The notes under the pieces are model-generated. The model was given only the letters and a program-made list of their open reading frames with translations, was not told the DNA's origin and made no database searches. This document shows positions 26,194 through 37,097 of a stretch of DNA of 64,000 nucleotides, one piece after another. The translations under genes and the position numbers were made by a program. Source of the DNA: an uncultured virus (IMG/VR IMGVR_UViG_3300020582_000004) (lineage: Duplodnaviria > Heunggongvirae > Uroviricota > Caudoviricetes); the IMG/VR virus record IMGVR_UViG_3300020582_000004. One strand, given 5' to 3'. Within the stretch, counting starts at the first letter, position 1. Every line of letters begins with the position of its first letter.

Positions 26194-26538
26194 TCACAGC
26201 TCGATGTCATCAGCTTCCGTTCCTGATCGCAGAGCCGAGAGCCACGCCTCAGTGAGCCTTCGTCCATCGATGCGCGCCACCATGCTCGGGTGATAACCAC
26301 GGAGGCTTCGAACAAGATGACAAAGCGAACCCGCAAGCTTCGGCGAGCCGAACCCCGAGCGCACGTGCTTGCGACACGAGCAGCCAAGAGACTTTCGTTT
26401 CGCAAACCACCACACCGAGCACTCGCAGACGCAGTCCACAACCCCATCCGGATGAACGACCCTCAGATGTTCGGCACGTGCACGCTCACCGTAGCGAATC
26501 GTTCGATCGCGACGGTCTTGTCGCTTTTTCTTGTCCAT
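26194..26538 (-). CDS. basic Cys-rich hypothetical protein
   Basis: AGAGGT RBS; CVCEC and CSC. Confidence 0.5.
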   Translation of the reverse strand: MDKKKRQDRRDRTIRYGERARAEHLRVVHPDGVVDCVCECSVWWFAKRKSLGCSCRKHVRSGFGSPKLAGSLCHLVRSLRGYHPSMVARIDGRRLTEAWLSALRSGTEADDIEL

Positions 26539-26650
26539 TCGACACCTCTGTGGCTGGCGCCCTCAAGGCGCGCGGCGGTGATGCCGAAGAAGCGATGGAA
26601 TGGCTGGGAATTTTCAGGTCGAAGTATCACGTGGTAGACTCCAAGATACG

Positions 26651-27056
26651 ATGACCAAGGCCGAAGACAAGAAGCTCCTCGCGAAAGCCCGCAAGGCTGG
26701 GCAAGACTACGCGATGAGTCAGATCGAGGGCGATTACTTCTCGGACTACGTCGCGCAGCAAGTCCATGAGGCCGAGAAAGACCCCGAGCATCACTGGTCG
26801 GTCACGAACAAGACCGAAGCGATGCGCGCCGCGGCTCGTGGACCTGGGTCACGATATCTCGCGCGATCTCGACACGAGCCATGCGCTCAAGAATGCCGGC
26901 GTTTCGTCATCTTTTTATGGCAGCGCAGTTTCCGATCAAGACTTGAAGGATGCCTTTTGGGAAGGCCTTCGCGAAGTGCTCGGGCGTAAGACGGTTCAGA
27001 GCTGGCTTGCTGACGAGATTCTTTTCCGTGCGAGAGAAGCGCGCGGCGAAACGTGA
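26651..27056 (+). pseudogene. hypothetical gene interrupted by a frameshift near 26835
   Basis: Protein-like MTKAEDKK...AMRAA in one frame continues as LVDLGHDISRDLD...EARGET in another. Confidence 0.5.
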
Positions 27057-27074
27057 AGAGGTGGTCGAAGAAGT

Positions 27075-27563
27075 ATGAACGCGATTGAGCTTTCGTCTTC
27101 GAGTTCCGAGCGTCCTAGCTTCGATGCGCATCGCATCCTAGGAGGCAAGCGATCAGGCCAAGGCTCGCTCTGGCAAGGCAGCGCGAGCACCACGCACATC
27201 GCCGATATGCATGACTTTCAAGTCGTCGTGCTCTGCGCGGTCGAGTGGCAGCCGCAGCTTTCGTCTCGGCTCGAAGTGATCCGATTTCTATCCGACGACT
27301 GCAAGCTCACGCGAGCGCATTTGCAGGAGGCGATCTACATCGCGTCCAAGGTCGAGCGCCGCGTGCGCACCGGCAAGAACGTGCTCGTCACATGCTTCGC
27401 GGGGCTCAATCGCTCGGGCCTCGTGACCGCGCTCGCGGCGATGAAGCTCACGAACAAACCCGGCAGCGAGGTCTTGAAACACATTCAAGCGCGGCGCCCT
27501 GGCGCGCTCTGCAATGCGAGTTTCGCGAACGTGATCTCCAAGCTCGTTCCCGTTTCCCGCTAG
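27075..27563 (+). CDS. dual-specificity/protein-tyrosine phosphatase
   Basis: CX5R P-loop VLVTCFAGLNRSG, acid-loop DD, C-terminal IQARRPGALCNASF. Confidence 0.85.
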   Translation: MNAIELSSSSSERPSFDAHRILGGKRSGQGSLWQGSASTTHIADMHDFQVVVLCAVEWQPQLSSRLEVIRFLSDDCKLTRAHLQEAIYIASKVERRVRTGKNVLVTCFAGLNRSGLVTALAAMKLTNKPGSEVLKHIQARRPGALCNASFANVISKLVPVSR

Positions 27564-28255
27564 TCGTTAGCTGTTAGCAAGTAGGCTCGTCGAGCGCTTC
27601 GGCCATCGCGATCCGTGTATCGTAGTTGAGCGCGCAGCGTTCGTACTCCGTGAGCCGATTGTACCAAATGTGATCGAGTGCGTCGGAGATGCGATCATAA
27701 GCGTCTTCGTCATCGGCGTCCGGGCGCATGTTGAACGCTTCGCCGATCATGAGGTACGCGAGCACCGAAGGCCGAATCTGTTTACGAGTCATTGCATCCT
27801 TTCTTACCGAAGCGCTTGCTCGGCAAAAGTTTTTCCTTTGCCCTTGATGCACGCCTCGCCGATTTCGGGATTACGCAAGCACTCATCGTGCTCCACGCAG
27901 CGCTCCACAAGTGAGAGCGCCATCTCGAAAGTTTGAGAACCGGTCGAGATATTCGCAACGCCGACCTCGATGAAGTCTTCCGGCTCAAGGAGCCATCGCG
28001 CGTCGCTCGTTCGAAAGAGTGCCACGAAGCTTGGAGCGCTCACCATCGGCGAGAGATCATCGACGGCAAGACGAACTAGATCGCTCGTTGTTCCGTCAGG
28101 TCGCGGGCGCAGGTGCGCGAAGCGATAGATTCCAAATGCGTAAATGAGACTATCGGGCACGTGCACCGCATTGAGGCGTGAGACGAGCTTGCAGCGCTGT
28201 GAAGTAAGGAGAAATTTCTCGTTGCTTCTTATAGCTTGAAACCCAAGCCCCAAGA

Positions 28256-28597
28256 TCACGGAACAGCCCTCTGCGCCGCATGAATCACGCGAATCTGCTC
28301 GGCGCTCGTGAGCTTGACGAGCGCGGGTGAGTCGGCCCCATACCCGAGTAGTTCGTTCTCGTGGAGCGCGCCGAGCGCATCCCAGTAGTGATCGCCCCAT
28401 AGGACCGCGACGTGGCCCACGAAGCGGCCAGCCGCGAGCCAACGTGAGTTCAAGCCGGCAACGTACTGCCCCTCACCGCCGAAGACTCTCTCGTTGATCT
28501 CGATCGCCGCAAGACCGCAGTCGCCGTCGAAGCCGTAGAGGCCGAGCGACGCGATGAGTTTCTCGATGGCTTCGACGTCCACAGAAGAGGTGGTCAT
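28256..28597 (-). CDS. hypothetical protein with possible Cys-His-Asp triad
   Basis: GDCGLAA...GHVAV...YWDA. Confidence 0.5.
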   Translation of the reverse strand: MTTSSVDVEAIEKLIASLGLYGFDGDCGLAAIEINERVFGGEGQYVAGLNSRWLAAGRFVGHVAVLWGDHYWDALGALHENELLGYGADSPALVKLTSAEQIRVIHAAQRAVP

Positions 28598-29277
28598 TCA
28601 TCGCCTCCGCGTCCAAACCGAGTGCCCGGTGAAGGGCTAACGATAAAAGGATACCTAAACGTCGCACCCTCTATGTCTTCAACTCTTATCCCAGGTCCTT
28701 CGTACGACTCAGCTCTTCTAGCGCCAACGATGACTGGTCCAGAACTATTTCCGGCAAATCGTTTACCAGATCGGGATTGGAATCGGATTTCGGGCTCAGG
28801 AACGTTGCCCAAAAAGACTCCCTGGAAACGACGCGCGACGATGCTCTTGTTGATGACTTGAAGCATAATCATGATACCAGGCATCGCTGTATCGCATTGG
28901 AGCTTGCGAACGATTCGAGGCTGATCCGGGTGCTTCTCGATACATTTCTCCATCAGCTTGAGCGCTTGTGCCGGATCCTTCTCGACAAGCTCGCCGTCAA
29001 CGTTTCTCTCGTGGCCTTCGCAGTCTTCGTGTCCACACGACCAAGCATAAAGCTCGGCAGATATTGGGCAGCTTGAGACGAAATAGCTGGTCATGCCGAT
29101 TCTAAAATCACTGATGTCGAAATGAACGGCAATGCTTCGAGGAATGAAAATACCGATGACTCTAAATGGGCGCTGAGGTTGCACAGCCAAAAGATGTGTC
29201 GCGCCTGATTCAATAAGCGGAACATCGAAGCCCATCGGCATGACGGGCAGCTCGGTATCGAGGACGAACTCTCTCAT
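28594..29277 (-). CDS. hypothetical beta-sandwich-like protein
   Basis: AVQPQRPFR...FDISDFRIG...CDTAMPG...LQVIN...RRFQGVFLG. Confidence 0.6.
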   Translation of the reverse strand: MREFVLDTELPVMPMGFDVPLIESGATHLLAVQPQRPFRVIGIFIPRSIAVHFDISDFRIGMTSYFVSSCPISAELYAWSCGHEDCEGHERNVDGELVEKDPAQALKLMEKCIEKHPDQPRIVRKLQCDTAMPGIMIMLQVINKSIVARRFQGVFLGNVPEPEIRFQSRSGKRFAGNSSGPVIVGARRAESYEGPGIRVEDIEGATFRYPFIVSPSPGTRFGRGGDE

Positions 29278-29280
29278 GAC

Positions 29281-29586
29281 TTAGCCGCCCTCGAGACAAT
29301 CATGAAGTCGCGCTTCGAACAACGGATCGCGGTTGAAAGGATTGCACGCAGCGAGAATGTTTCGCTCAGGCCCCACGTAAATGCCGCAGCCTGCGCGTCC
29401 GTCGTGAACCTCGAAAAAGTACCAGGCGCCCTTGGTTCCGAATTGCACGGCCAGCTCGGCAAGGCGCGTTTTGTCGTTCACGGTCTCGACGCCCGAGCGC
29501 GGGATAACGCGCCAGTCTTCGTCGTAGCCTGAGCAGCGCTTACGAAGAAAGAGCGCGAACTGCTTGGTCGTGTAGTTCGTCTTCAT
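29281..29586 (-). CDS. hypothetical protein
   Basis: GAGGGAAGG upstream of ATG. Confidence 0.55.
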   Translation of the reverse strand: MKTNYTTKQFALFLRKRCSGYDEDWRVIPRSGVETVNDKTRLAELAVQFGTKGAWYFFEVHDGRAGCGIYVGPERNILAACNPFNRDPLFEARLHDCLEGG

Positions 29587-29633
29587 GACCTTCCCTCACT
29601 TCGTTCGCTTGAGACTTCGTCTCGACATCGGAT

Positions 29634-30050
29634 TCATTCGCCGCTCTTCGGCTTATTGGATTCGGAATCTGGGTCCACGTCGAGATTGAGCGGCGCCGGA
29701 TCCGTAGGCCTTACAGCAGCCATCATTCTCGATGATATCGAAGCAAGTTTCCGGCACGCGTTATCCAAGCTTTCTTCGAGTGGAGCGAAGTCAGTAAAGA
29801 TCACGACCGCCGCGCCGGCTACTACTACGACACTGAATTGATCGGAAAAAACCTCAGAGGTCTTGATCCGCACCTCGACTCCTGGCGAAATAGCTCTTGC
29901 GCCTTTGCATAGCCTTTCGAGCGTATCGAGCGCGGTCATGATTCCTCTCAGACTTCGTCGAAGCGTCCAGCCTTCGCATTTGCATACCAACGATCGGCGA
30001 GGTCCTTGGCAACAAGATTGCGAACTACGGGCGGAAACATTTTTGCCCAT
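29634..30050 (-). CDS. hypothetical protein (start probably MTALD near 29939)
   Basis: AGAGGA RBS; protein-like C-terminal two thirds. Confidence 0.45.
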   Translation of the reverse strand: MGKNVSARSSQSCCQGPRRSLVCKCEGWTLRRSLRGIMTALDTLERLCKGARAISPGVEVRIKTSEVFSDQFSVVVVAGAAVVIFTDFAPLEESLDNACRKLASISSRMMAAVRPTDPAPLNLDVDPDSESNKPKSGE

Positions 30051-30277
30051 TCTCGCGGACGACCCGAACCAAATTCTTTGTCGTACGCCTTGGCTGCGCG
30101 CTCAACCACATAACCCCAAAGCTTGGGAGCTAGCTTGTGGTCGTAGGTTCCGTTTTTGATTTTGCGCGTCAAGTTCTTCGCGATCTCGACCTTTTGACGA
30201 TAAAGAGGTTCTTCGTTATCGAGAAATAGCGCTAGTTCAACTGCTGCGTGCTCGTCGGTTTCGTAACCCATGTTCAA
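29948..30277 (-). CDS. phage hypothetical protein
   Basis: ELALFLDNEEPLY...GTYD...AAKAYDKEFG motif. Confidence 0.65.
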   Translation of the reverse strand: MNMGYETDEHAAVELALFLDNEEPLYRQKVEIAKNLTRKIKNGTYDHKLAPKLWGYVVERAAKAYDKEFGSGRPREWAKMFPPVVRNLVAKDLADRWYANAKAGRFDEV

Positions 30278-30744
30278 ACCTTTCGGATGCGATGAGACTC
30301 GAGGAATTCTACTGCTTCATCCACGCTGCGTACAGTTTCGCAGAGAATTCCCCAGTACGAAGCCGTCTCGCGCCACTTGATCTGTGACGCGCGCTCTTTC
30401 TCGCTCAAGTCTCGCTTGAACTCGAGCCCGAAGAGTCGGCCTTTGCGCTCAGGCATGATCCCCAAAATGTCCGGGCAGCCTGGCTCGAGAACAGGCAAAA
30501 ACAGCGGCCAGTTTCGTGCGACGCGCTCAGCGCGAGCCTCGGACGAAGGATCGTAGATCGCGGCGCGCCCTGACCAGGTCTTGTAGCCGAGCTTCCCCAA
30601 AACGCGCCTCGTTCGCTCGACGACGTCTTTCTCGAGCGGCGCGACAAGCTCAGGAGGCATCTCGGTCGCAGCGAACATCCGAAGCTGCGAGCCTTTGGCT
30701 TCTGGCTGCTTCAGGCGCTTCAGGTTCTTGGGCGCAAAGCTCAT
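30274..30744 (-). CDS. VRR-NUC / PD-(D/E)xK nuclease
   Basis: PGCPDILG...FGLEFKR...SQIKW...VRSVDEA. Confidence 0.8.
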   Translation of the reverse strand: MSFAPKNLKRLKQPEAKGSQLRMFAATEMPPELVAPLEKDVVERTRRVLGKLGYKTWSGRAAIYDPSSEARAERVARNWPLFLPVLEPGCPDILGIMPERKGRLFGLEFKRDLSEKERASQIKWRETASYWGILCETVRSVDEAVEFLESHRIRKV

Positions 30745-32599
30745 GAGGCAGTCGCAATGTATCACCGAACGAACGTAAGGTGCGAGGTCGCGACGCCGCT
30801 TCGTAAGGCTCCGACTCGGTGCCGGCGATCGAGAGAGCGATTCGTATCGATGCACACGAGGTCCGCAAGACGCAGATCAGGCGCACCTCGCGTGGGATGA
30901 CTTTGCGTTCTGAGATAGACGATCTTCCATGTGAGCTGATGCCGATCAGTGCCGCACCAAACGACGTCGCCAACCTTGAAGCCGTCAAGCTCGCTGAATC
31001 GACCCGTCATTCGCACTCGGCTCGCGTGGTACGGCGTCATGGTCCACGGACATGCGGCTTATGAAGTCAGCCGAATCTCGCAAAGCGCGTAGGCCACGCT
31101 CCAGAGATCCCTGGCTCGTGCTGCCATGCACGTGCCGATGATGAAGGCCATGGAGTCTTTGTCTTGCCGCTCTCGAGGCGGCGTAAGGTCGTTTGAATGG
31201 CGAGCTATTCGAACGACTCGAACCAGCTCGATGAGCGCGATGCTCTTGCCTTCGCTGTAATTCGTGTTCATAGCTTCACCAAATCTCCGTTACAAAGTCG
31301 ATGTAGGAACGGCTCTCCGTCGATGCCACTCAGATTGTGCAGCTCTGTCGCGAGTGGATGCTTCCGATACTCTTTACTGCATGTCTCGCAGAGAACATCG
31401 CCGCTTGCGCGTCGCATCTTGCGGAGATCTTCTTCCTCCGTGTTCATCTGCGTCTACCGGTGCGAAGCGCACCGAGATGCGCCCAGATTCTTTCAAAGCT
31501 CCATCGCTGTGCGCGACGACGCTCACCTGCAAAGATTGGAGCAGTGGTTCCGGTATCGCCCCACACATAGATCCAACGCGCATCATCGCTGTCAGCGCGC
31601 CAGGTTTGACGAACGTGTTCTTCTAGGAGAACTGGACGAAGAAGCTCTTGCGTGTACACGTCGACCCACCATGAGCCATCGCTTGCGACGTCATGCGGCA
31701 ACATGATGCTCATGCCTCGCGCGTTCGCTTCACCCATGACTCACTTCCACTTGTCGCGCCACGCCTTCTGGCGCTCTTTCTCCTTGCGACGTTTCTCGAC
31801 TTCGGCTTTGAACTCTTCGCTGTTCATCGTGCGCTTGATCTCGCCATCGACGAAGCCCGCAACACCAAAACCAATCACGATGAGCGTCGCAAGACACAAG
31901 AGAAACGCCGTCATCATGATCGCGTACTCGGTTGTGCGCGCAATTCCTTTTCGACGCGCTGAGCTTGTTCGAATGCGTAGCGCGCATTGGCCAGCGCGAT
32001 GCCAGCCAAGTACCGCTCTTTGACGTCGCGCGGCGAGCTGCGTGCCCAACGCGACTCGGCTGAAACGAATGCCGAGCCGCACCTCGCGCGTTCGTTGATT
32101 GCTTCGCCAAGCGTCATTTCTTCACCGCCAAGAGGTGCGCGTCCAGAAGCTCTCTGCGTTTTCGCGCAGTCTTGACTCGACCCCAGGCATTATCGGCCTT
32201 GTCGAGCGCAAGCTGCTTGAGACGCCACGCGACGTCCGAGTGCCGGATCGCGTTGCCGTTTTCGCTCTCACACATCGCAGGCCCAATCGCGAAGATGGAC
32301 ATGCCGACCCAGAGGCCGTACGGGCGACGAACGTTGATGTGCGCGCTCGAAGGGGTGAGCCAGGTGACTTTTTTCTCGAAGTCAGCGAGCGCCTTCGAGT
32401 CAGTGATACGTTTGACGAAGTCACGTGCCGTGGAGTCTTTCTCTTTCACTGTTCGTAGCTCCGCATTTTGGACACTTGTAGATGGGCATCGGCACCGCAC
32501 GTCCCGCCATCGGTCTGCCAACACCAATACGAAAAATGTACGCCACGATCTGCTCTGGCTTCTTGAAGAAATGCTCATGGCAGTAGTGACACTCACACA

Positions 32600-33157
32600 T
32601 CATCGCCGTTTTCCCATGCGACGCCAAATCTCTTTCTCTTCGGCGTCGGTGAAACCTTTGAGGTGAAAGCTGTATAACGTTTGAGCACCGGTACGATAAT
32701 CCATATCGACTTCACTCTCAAACCAATCGCCACCTGAATCACTAGTGCCTTGATGTTTGAGATATTTCACGGCTACATCTGCAAAGGTTTCACCGTACGA
32801 CGGTTCGATCTCGTGCTCATCCTCTTCGCCTGTTTCTGCCTCTTCACCCTCTTCGGCTGACTCAGGAGACACAATGGAGAAGTATACTTTGATGGAGCGA
32901 CGTATATCTTTACCGAGTCGACTCCCTAAGCCGACATCTCTTATCGCTTTATTTGCAAGATTATTAGGCACACCGATTGCCAAAATCTTGCCATCAGGCG
33001 TTACGCGGTAAGAGCCAACAAAGTCACCACTAAACAGCGAGAGGTAATAGTCACCCGTCCCGTCCTCGGCGCTGTCGTCAATCTCGAATCCGCGCTCTTG
33101 CAGGCCGTCAGAGAGCACGTGACCGAGCTGCTTGGCTGAAGAAGTGGAAGAGGTCAT
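32600..33157 (-). CDS. shared-N-terminal-module family protein D
   Basis: SAKQLGHVLSDGLQERGF...NKAIRDVGLGSRL; acidic C-domain IVSPESAEEGE. Confidence 0.65.
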   Translation of the reverse strand: MTSSTSSAKQLGHVLSDGLQERGFEIDDSAEDGTGDYYLSLFSGDFVGSYRVTPDGKILAIGVPNNLANKAIRDVGLGSRLGKDIRRSIKVYFSIVSPESAEEGEEAETGEEDEHEIEPSYGETFADVAVKYLKHQGTSDSGGDWFESEVDMDYRTGAQTLYSFHLKGFTDAEEKEIWRRMGKRR

Positions 33158-33384
33158 CGCGTCCACCAAAGCACGACGCCCGCGCTTAGGCCCGCAAGAA
33201 GCGCGAACTTCGCGTCGCGCTCATGACGCTCCCAGAGCTGCGTTGCGAGCACGTCGGCCGCAGGGGGCCTGCGAAGGGCCGTCAGCGCGAAGTACGACAC
33301 GCCGAGCCCGGCGAATGCGAGCGGGAGCGCAGCTTTCCGAGAAAAGAGGTCTTTGGGGAAAGAGGGCAAAGAGGTGAGCTGCAT
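33154..33384 (-). CDS. small two-TM protein (paralogue of 44970..45260)
   Basis: LPLAFAGLGVSYF...WERH...LSAGVVLW. Confidence 0.6.
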   Translation of the reverse strand: MQLTSLPSFPKDLFSRKAALPLAFAGLGVSYFALTALRRPPAADVLATQLWERHERDAKFALLAGLSAGVVLWWTR

Positions 33385-33431
33385 GAAGAGACCATCATCT
33401 CAAGAGGCGGGTCGAGGCGCAAGTTTTCGGC

Positions 33432-33662
33432 CTATCCGCCAAACGTGCTGCGATGGGTAGCGGCAGCGGCGAGGACGTCGGCGTACGTCTTGGCGAGTTC
33501 GAGCGCTATGGTTCGCGCGACCTCGAACGCGTCGATGAAGGGCTTGCTGTCCGGGGATCCCGGATCGCAGTACGGCTTGAGGGCTTCCATGTCCGCGAGA
33601 AGCCCGCGTAGCTCTTTGCGGACTTCCTCGACCGTTATCGGCAAATCCATTCGCGTCGTCAT
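33432..33662 (-). CDS. hypothetical protein
   Basis: ATGA coupling. Confidence 0.5.
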   Translation of the reverse strand: MTTRMDLPITVEEVRKELRGLLADMEALKPYCDPGSPDSKPFIDAFEVARTIALELAKTYADVLAAAATHRSTFGG

Positions 33663-33922
33663 TTGATCACCTTGGTTTGCAGCTCTTCGAGCATCGCGCG
33701 ACGTTCGTCTTCGAGCTTCTCGAGATCGATCTCGAAGTATTCAGCGAGAAGGGCTTCGATGCGCTCGTTGATTGGAGTGTAGAGTACCCCATGTCTGGGC
33801 GACTCGATGAACGGATGCGCATGACAGAGAACGACTTTGTCTTCTCGCTCGGTCATCAACCACTCGAGAAAGGCGCCAATCTTTTGCGACTCCGCGCTAA
33901 CGCTCGAGAGCTTCGCGCACAT
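33659..33922 (-). CDS. phage hypothetical protein
   Basis: SQKIGAFLEWL...LLAEYFEIDLEKLEDERRAML. Confidence 0.6.
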   Translation of the reverse strand: MCAKLSSVSAESQKIGAFLEWLMTEREDKVVLCHAHPFIESPRHGVLYTPINERIEALLAEYFEIDLEKLEDERRAMLEELQTKVIK

Positions 33923-34025
33923 CGGGTATTTTTATCGTGCTCGCGCTTCTTCCGTTCGTATTCCAGCTTCTGAATGGTGGCCTGCGTCATCTCTTGTGAG
34001 AGCGGGTCACCGAGGTCGGGATGCG

Positions 34026-34280
34026 TCATGGTCGCCTCTCTTTCGTCAACTCGGCAATCAGGTCAAGCAGCTTCAAGATCTCTTCATTCCGAACAGTGCG
34101 TTGCCTTACTAACGCGTCGGTCAGTTCATCCCATGACTTGTTCAAGTCATCGATCGATTGCGACAGTTCATCCATTGCTGAAGTAACGTTTTTTCCTTCA
34201 GCTACAGCTGCGCTCAAACGACTGATGTTAGTCATCAATTGGCGCTTTGCTATCATCAGGTCACGATCGTAATCACTCAT
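34026..34280 (-). CDS. coiled-coil hypothetical protein
   Basis: Heptad pattern; AAGGA RBS. Confidence 0.5.
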   Translation of the reverse strand: MSDYDRDLMIAKRQLMTNISRLSAAVAEGKNVTSAMDELSQSIDDLNKSWDELTDALVRQRTVRNEEILKLLDLIAELTKERRP

Positions 34281-34964
34281 CGCTTTATCCTTGCAGCGAT
34301 CATCTCGCCAAGATCACGGCTTTGATCTCCTCACTTCACCTCGTAGAGGTGCTTGCCTTTTCGGCCGGTGAGCTTGAAGATTATGAACTGACGCCGCCAC
34401 GTACTTTATCGACGACTCGTCTACTTCAATAACCGTTGAAGGATAGTCGCCGTGCATGATGATCATGACATTCAGCTTGAGAAGCATCTTCGGCTTGTAC
34501 TTTCCATGCATCAGAACAATCTGAAACTGCGTCACATCGTCTATCTTTATGCGTTTCATTTTCATTTGTCGTGCACCGGGCAAAGCGTGAATTCATCGTG
34601 TACGAGATGCCCGGTGCAGCGGTCACGACTCGATTGCGCGTGCTTGAGACGTTCCCAGCAATCGGGGAACTCGACTTGAGCTTGCGCGAGAATGAGCTGC
34701 TCATTCCACGTTCGAGCCGCCGCGCGTATCGATGGTGTTGTCATGGCACGACAGGATCGACATGATGCTCCCGCCCTCGCCAAACCGAAGCTGCGTGAGT
34801 CTCCAGCCTCGATCATTGCGATCGAGAGGCGTAAACGTCCCATCGAGCATCCACACCGGGAATCCGTTCTCGAGTCGATCGCGGTCTTTCGAGTGCTGCG
34901 AGCCGTGAATGAAGTGACCAGCTTCTTTACCGCGACAGCCGAAGTAATAAAAGCGTCTCACGCT

Positions 34965-35471
34965 TCACCGCGGCCAGTTGTGAAAGAGATTCTCGATGGC
35001 CTCAGCGCGCTTCTCAGCGACGTGATGCTCATGAGAAAGCTCCTGAAACATGACCGCAGACATCGAGGGCGGCCGGGAGAAGTGAACGACGCCGTTGGTG
35101 ATCTTGCCGTTCTTGGGCGCGCCGGCTTTCTTGTGCTTCTTGTTCTTGTTGTATTTGTGCTTGCCGATGCTCGCGGTCTTCGTCGCTTCAGTAGCCAGGC
35201 GCTTGGCGGTCTTGCTCATGATCGGTTTGTCGTTGATCGCGACGTTGAAGGTTTCGAGCACCGAAGCTCCTTTACTCGTCAAAAAGAAAGGCTCGAATTT
35301 TTTCTTTTGTGAAACAAGACCAACCTTTTTGATACCACACATCGTCGAGTCAACGAGGTGAGTCCCGAGGCCCAGCGTAGCTTTGATTTCCTTGCTCGTC
35401 ATTCCGCCGCGTTTATTCAGCGCGCAAAGAATCTTGAATCCTGCTCCGTCTTTCGTAATAGGACGTCTCAT
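34965..35471 (-). CDS. winged-helix DNA-binding protein with Lys-rich tail
   Basis: ILCALNKRGGMTSKEIKATLGL...GLV...FFLTSKG. Confidence 0.6.
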   Translation of the reverse strand: MRRPITKDGAGFKILCALNKRGGMTSKEIKATLGLGTHLVDSTMCGIKKVGLVSQKKKFEPFFLTSKGASVLETFNVAINDKPIMSKTAKRLATEATKTASIGKHKYNKNKKHKKAGAPKNGKITNGVVHFSRPPSMSAVMFQELSHEHHVAEKRAEAIENLFHNWPR

Positions 35472-35474
35472 GGC

Positions 35475-35942
35475 TTACTCCTCGTCTTTCGGTTCGAACT
35501 TCGTGCGCACGTCATCGAGACGGTGCGCGTGTCCTTTGAGAGCGCGTTTGCTGCGCTCGATGACCTTTTTGCCCGATGACTTTGCGCGGACATTGACGCG
35601 CGGCTTGCGAACATCTTGCGGCGAGACAGGCGAAAGGACGTACTCGCCTGTCGACATCATCTTGTTTCGATCAAAGCTCACGATCTCTTTCTGCACGCTC
35701 GGAGGCAGACGGTAACGGACCATCTTGTCCTCGAACTCGAGCCACGCGGTCGTGCGGAGAAAGTACGCGGCCTTCACCGGCATGCTGCGCTTGACGGCGC
35801 GAGCGAGAGCGCACTCTTTCGAGTTCTTGGCCTTGGCGAGCTTGATGTCTCGCGCAGTCACCTCGACTGCGAGAGGCTTCTTTGCGTCGACCTCTTCCAG
35901 CTCGCGCTCGTGAGCGCGCTTCGTTACGAATGTCGCAGACAT
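35475..35942 (-). CDS. hypothetical protein
   Basis: GAGGT RBS; VEVTARDIK...CALARAVKR. Confidence 0.6.
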   Translation of the reverse strand: MSATFVTKRAHERELEEVDAKKPLAVEVTARDIKLAKAKNSKECALARAVKRSMPVKAAYFLRTTAWLEFEDKMVRYRLPPSVQKEIVSFDRNKMMSTGEYVLSPVSPQDVRKPRVNVRAKSSGKKVIERSKRALKGHAHRLDDVRTKFEPKDEE

Positions 35943-36190
35943 CTCTTACCTCTTTCCTCTTACCTCTTACTATTTCTCTTTCATCATCAGCTGCCCAGAT
36001 TGGCTTGCGCCTTGAGCGCTTCAACGCACCTGTCGAAGAGCGCCTCGAGATCCGAGTCCTGCGTTTTCGTGGACCACGCGTCGCCGTCGGACGTCACGAC
36101 GAGCAGCGTCCAGCCGTCCGGACGCGAGTACGAGAGCTTGACGTGGCCGCGGGGACCAACGAACTCGGCCAAAGAAGTGAGAGTCATGAT

Positions 36191-36874
36191 CTAGCCTTTC
36201 GTGTCGCACATCATCGAGGTGACGGTGGAATCAGCGCCGAATCCGACCCTGAATGCGGCAATCTCGTTTGCCATGACTGCGGTCGTAACGTTTCTAGAAC
36301 AATAGATGTCGAGCAGTCGCTTGGCCCAATCTTCTTTCATGCCGACAACGTTTCCAAGCTTCCACACTGGCAATGGAATGCCGTCGACTGTTCGCAATCG
36401 AGGTGTGAATTTCAAAATGTATTTCGCTTCGTCGCTCTTCGTCACGAATTTAGAAAGCGCATCCGCCGCACTTCTGCGCTCTCCTTCGGTACACGCAAAT
36501 CCCAAAAGATTGCTTTTTCGACAATCATCAAGATGAACGCGGCAAGCAAAAGCAGAAGACACAGCATCAGGATGCGGAGACGCGCCACCGTCTCTGCGAG
36601 AAGACATACTAAGGCCTGCTTCAAGCTCTCGAGGGCCTAAGGATGCAAACGTCGTTGCTTCCGCACCTAGAGCGAAAAACCATGCGAAGATGTATTCATC
36701 GTTTCCTATTTGAGCAAAGTTAGACTCGCTCTGAATCATGGAAATCTGTTCCCTCGAAGAGGCCTTCTCGAAGACGTTTCGACACCAGCTTTGGTAGTCA
36801 CGCCAGCGCTCTTCGACGTTCGGGCTCATGTGGGCCTTCTTTCTTTGGGCGCATCCGATGCTTGCGCAACCCAA
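36191..36874 (-). CDS. hypothetical protein
   Basis: Long ORF in the chain; start probably MSPNVEE. Confidence 0.55.
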   Translation of the reverse strand: MGCASIGCAQRKKAHMSPNVEERWRDYQSWCRNVFEKASSREQISMIQSESNFAQIGNDEYIFAWFFALGAEATTFASLGPRELEAGLSMSSRRDGGASPHPDAVSSAFACRVHLDDCRKSNLLGFACTEGERRSAADALSKFVTKSDEAKYILKFTPRLRTVDGIPLPVWKLGNVVGMKEDWAKRLLDIYCSRNVTTAVMANEIAAFRVGFGADSTVTSMMCDTKG

Positions 36875-37097
36875 AGCTTGACGCCTTCAATGGTTATTAG
36901 CTCCGCGCGCCTGCGCACAGTCTTGTAAGACGGGCCATGATGAATGCCGAGAATCTCGACCATCCACCCGTAGTCGCGAAAGCTCCAGCACGAGATGAAC
37001 GGCGACTCGTAATTCAGATTGAAACGCTCAATCGCGTTGATTGCGCGCAGAAACTCCGGCATCGGCGGCAGAAAAAACGTGCTCGTGGCAATCGCTG

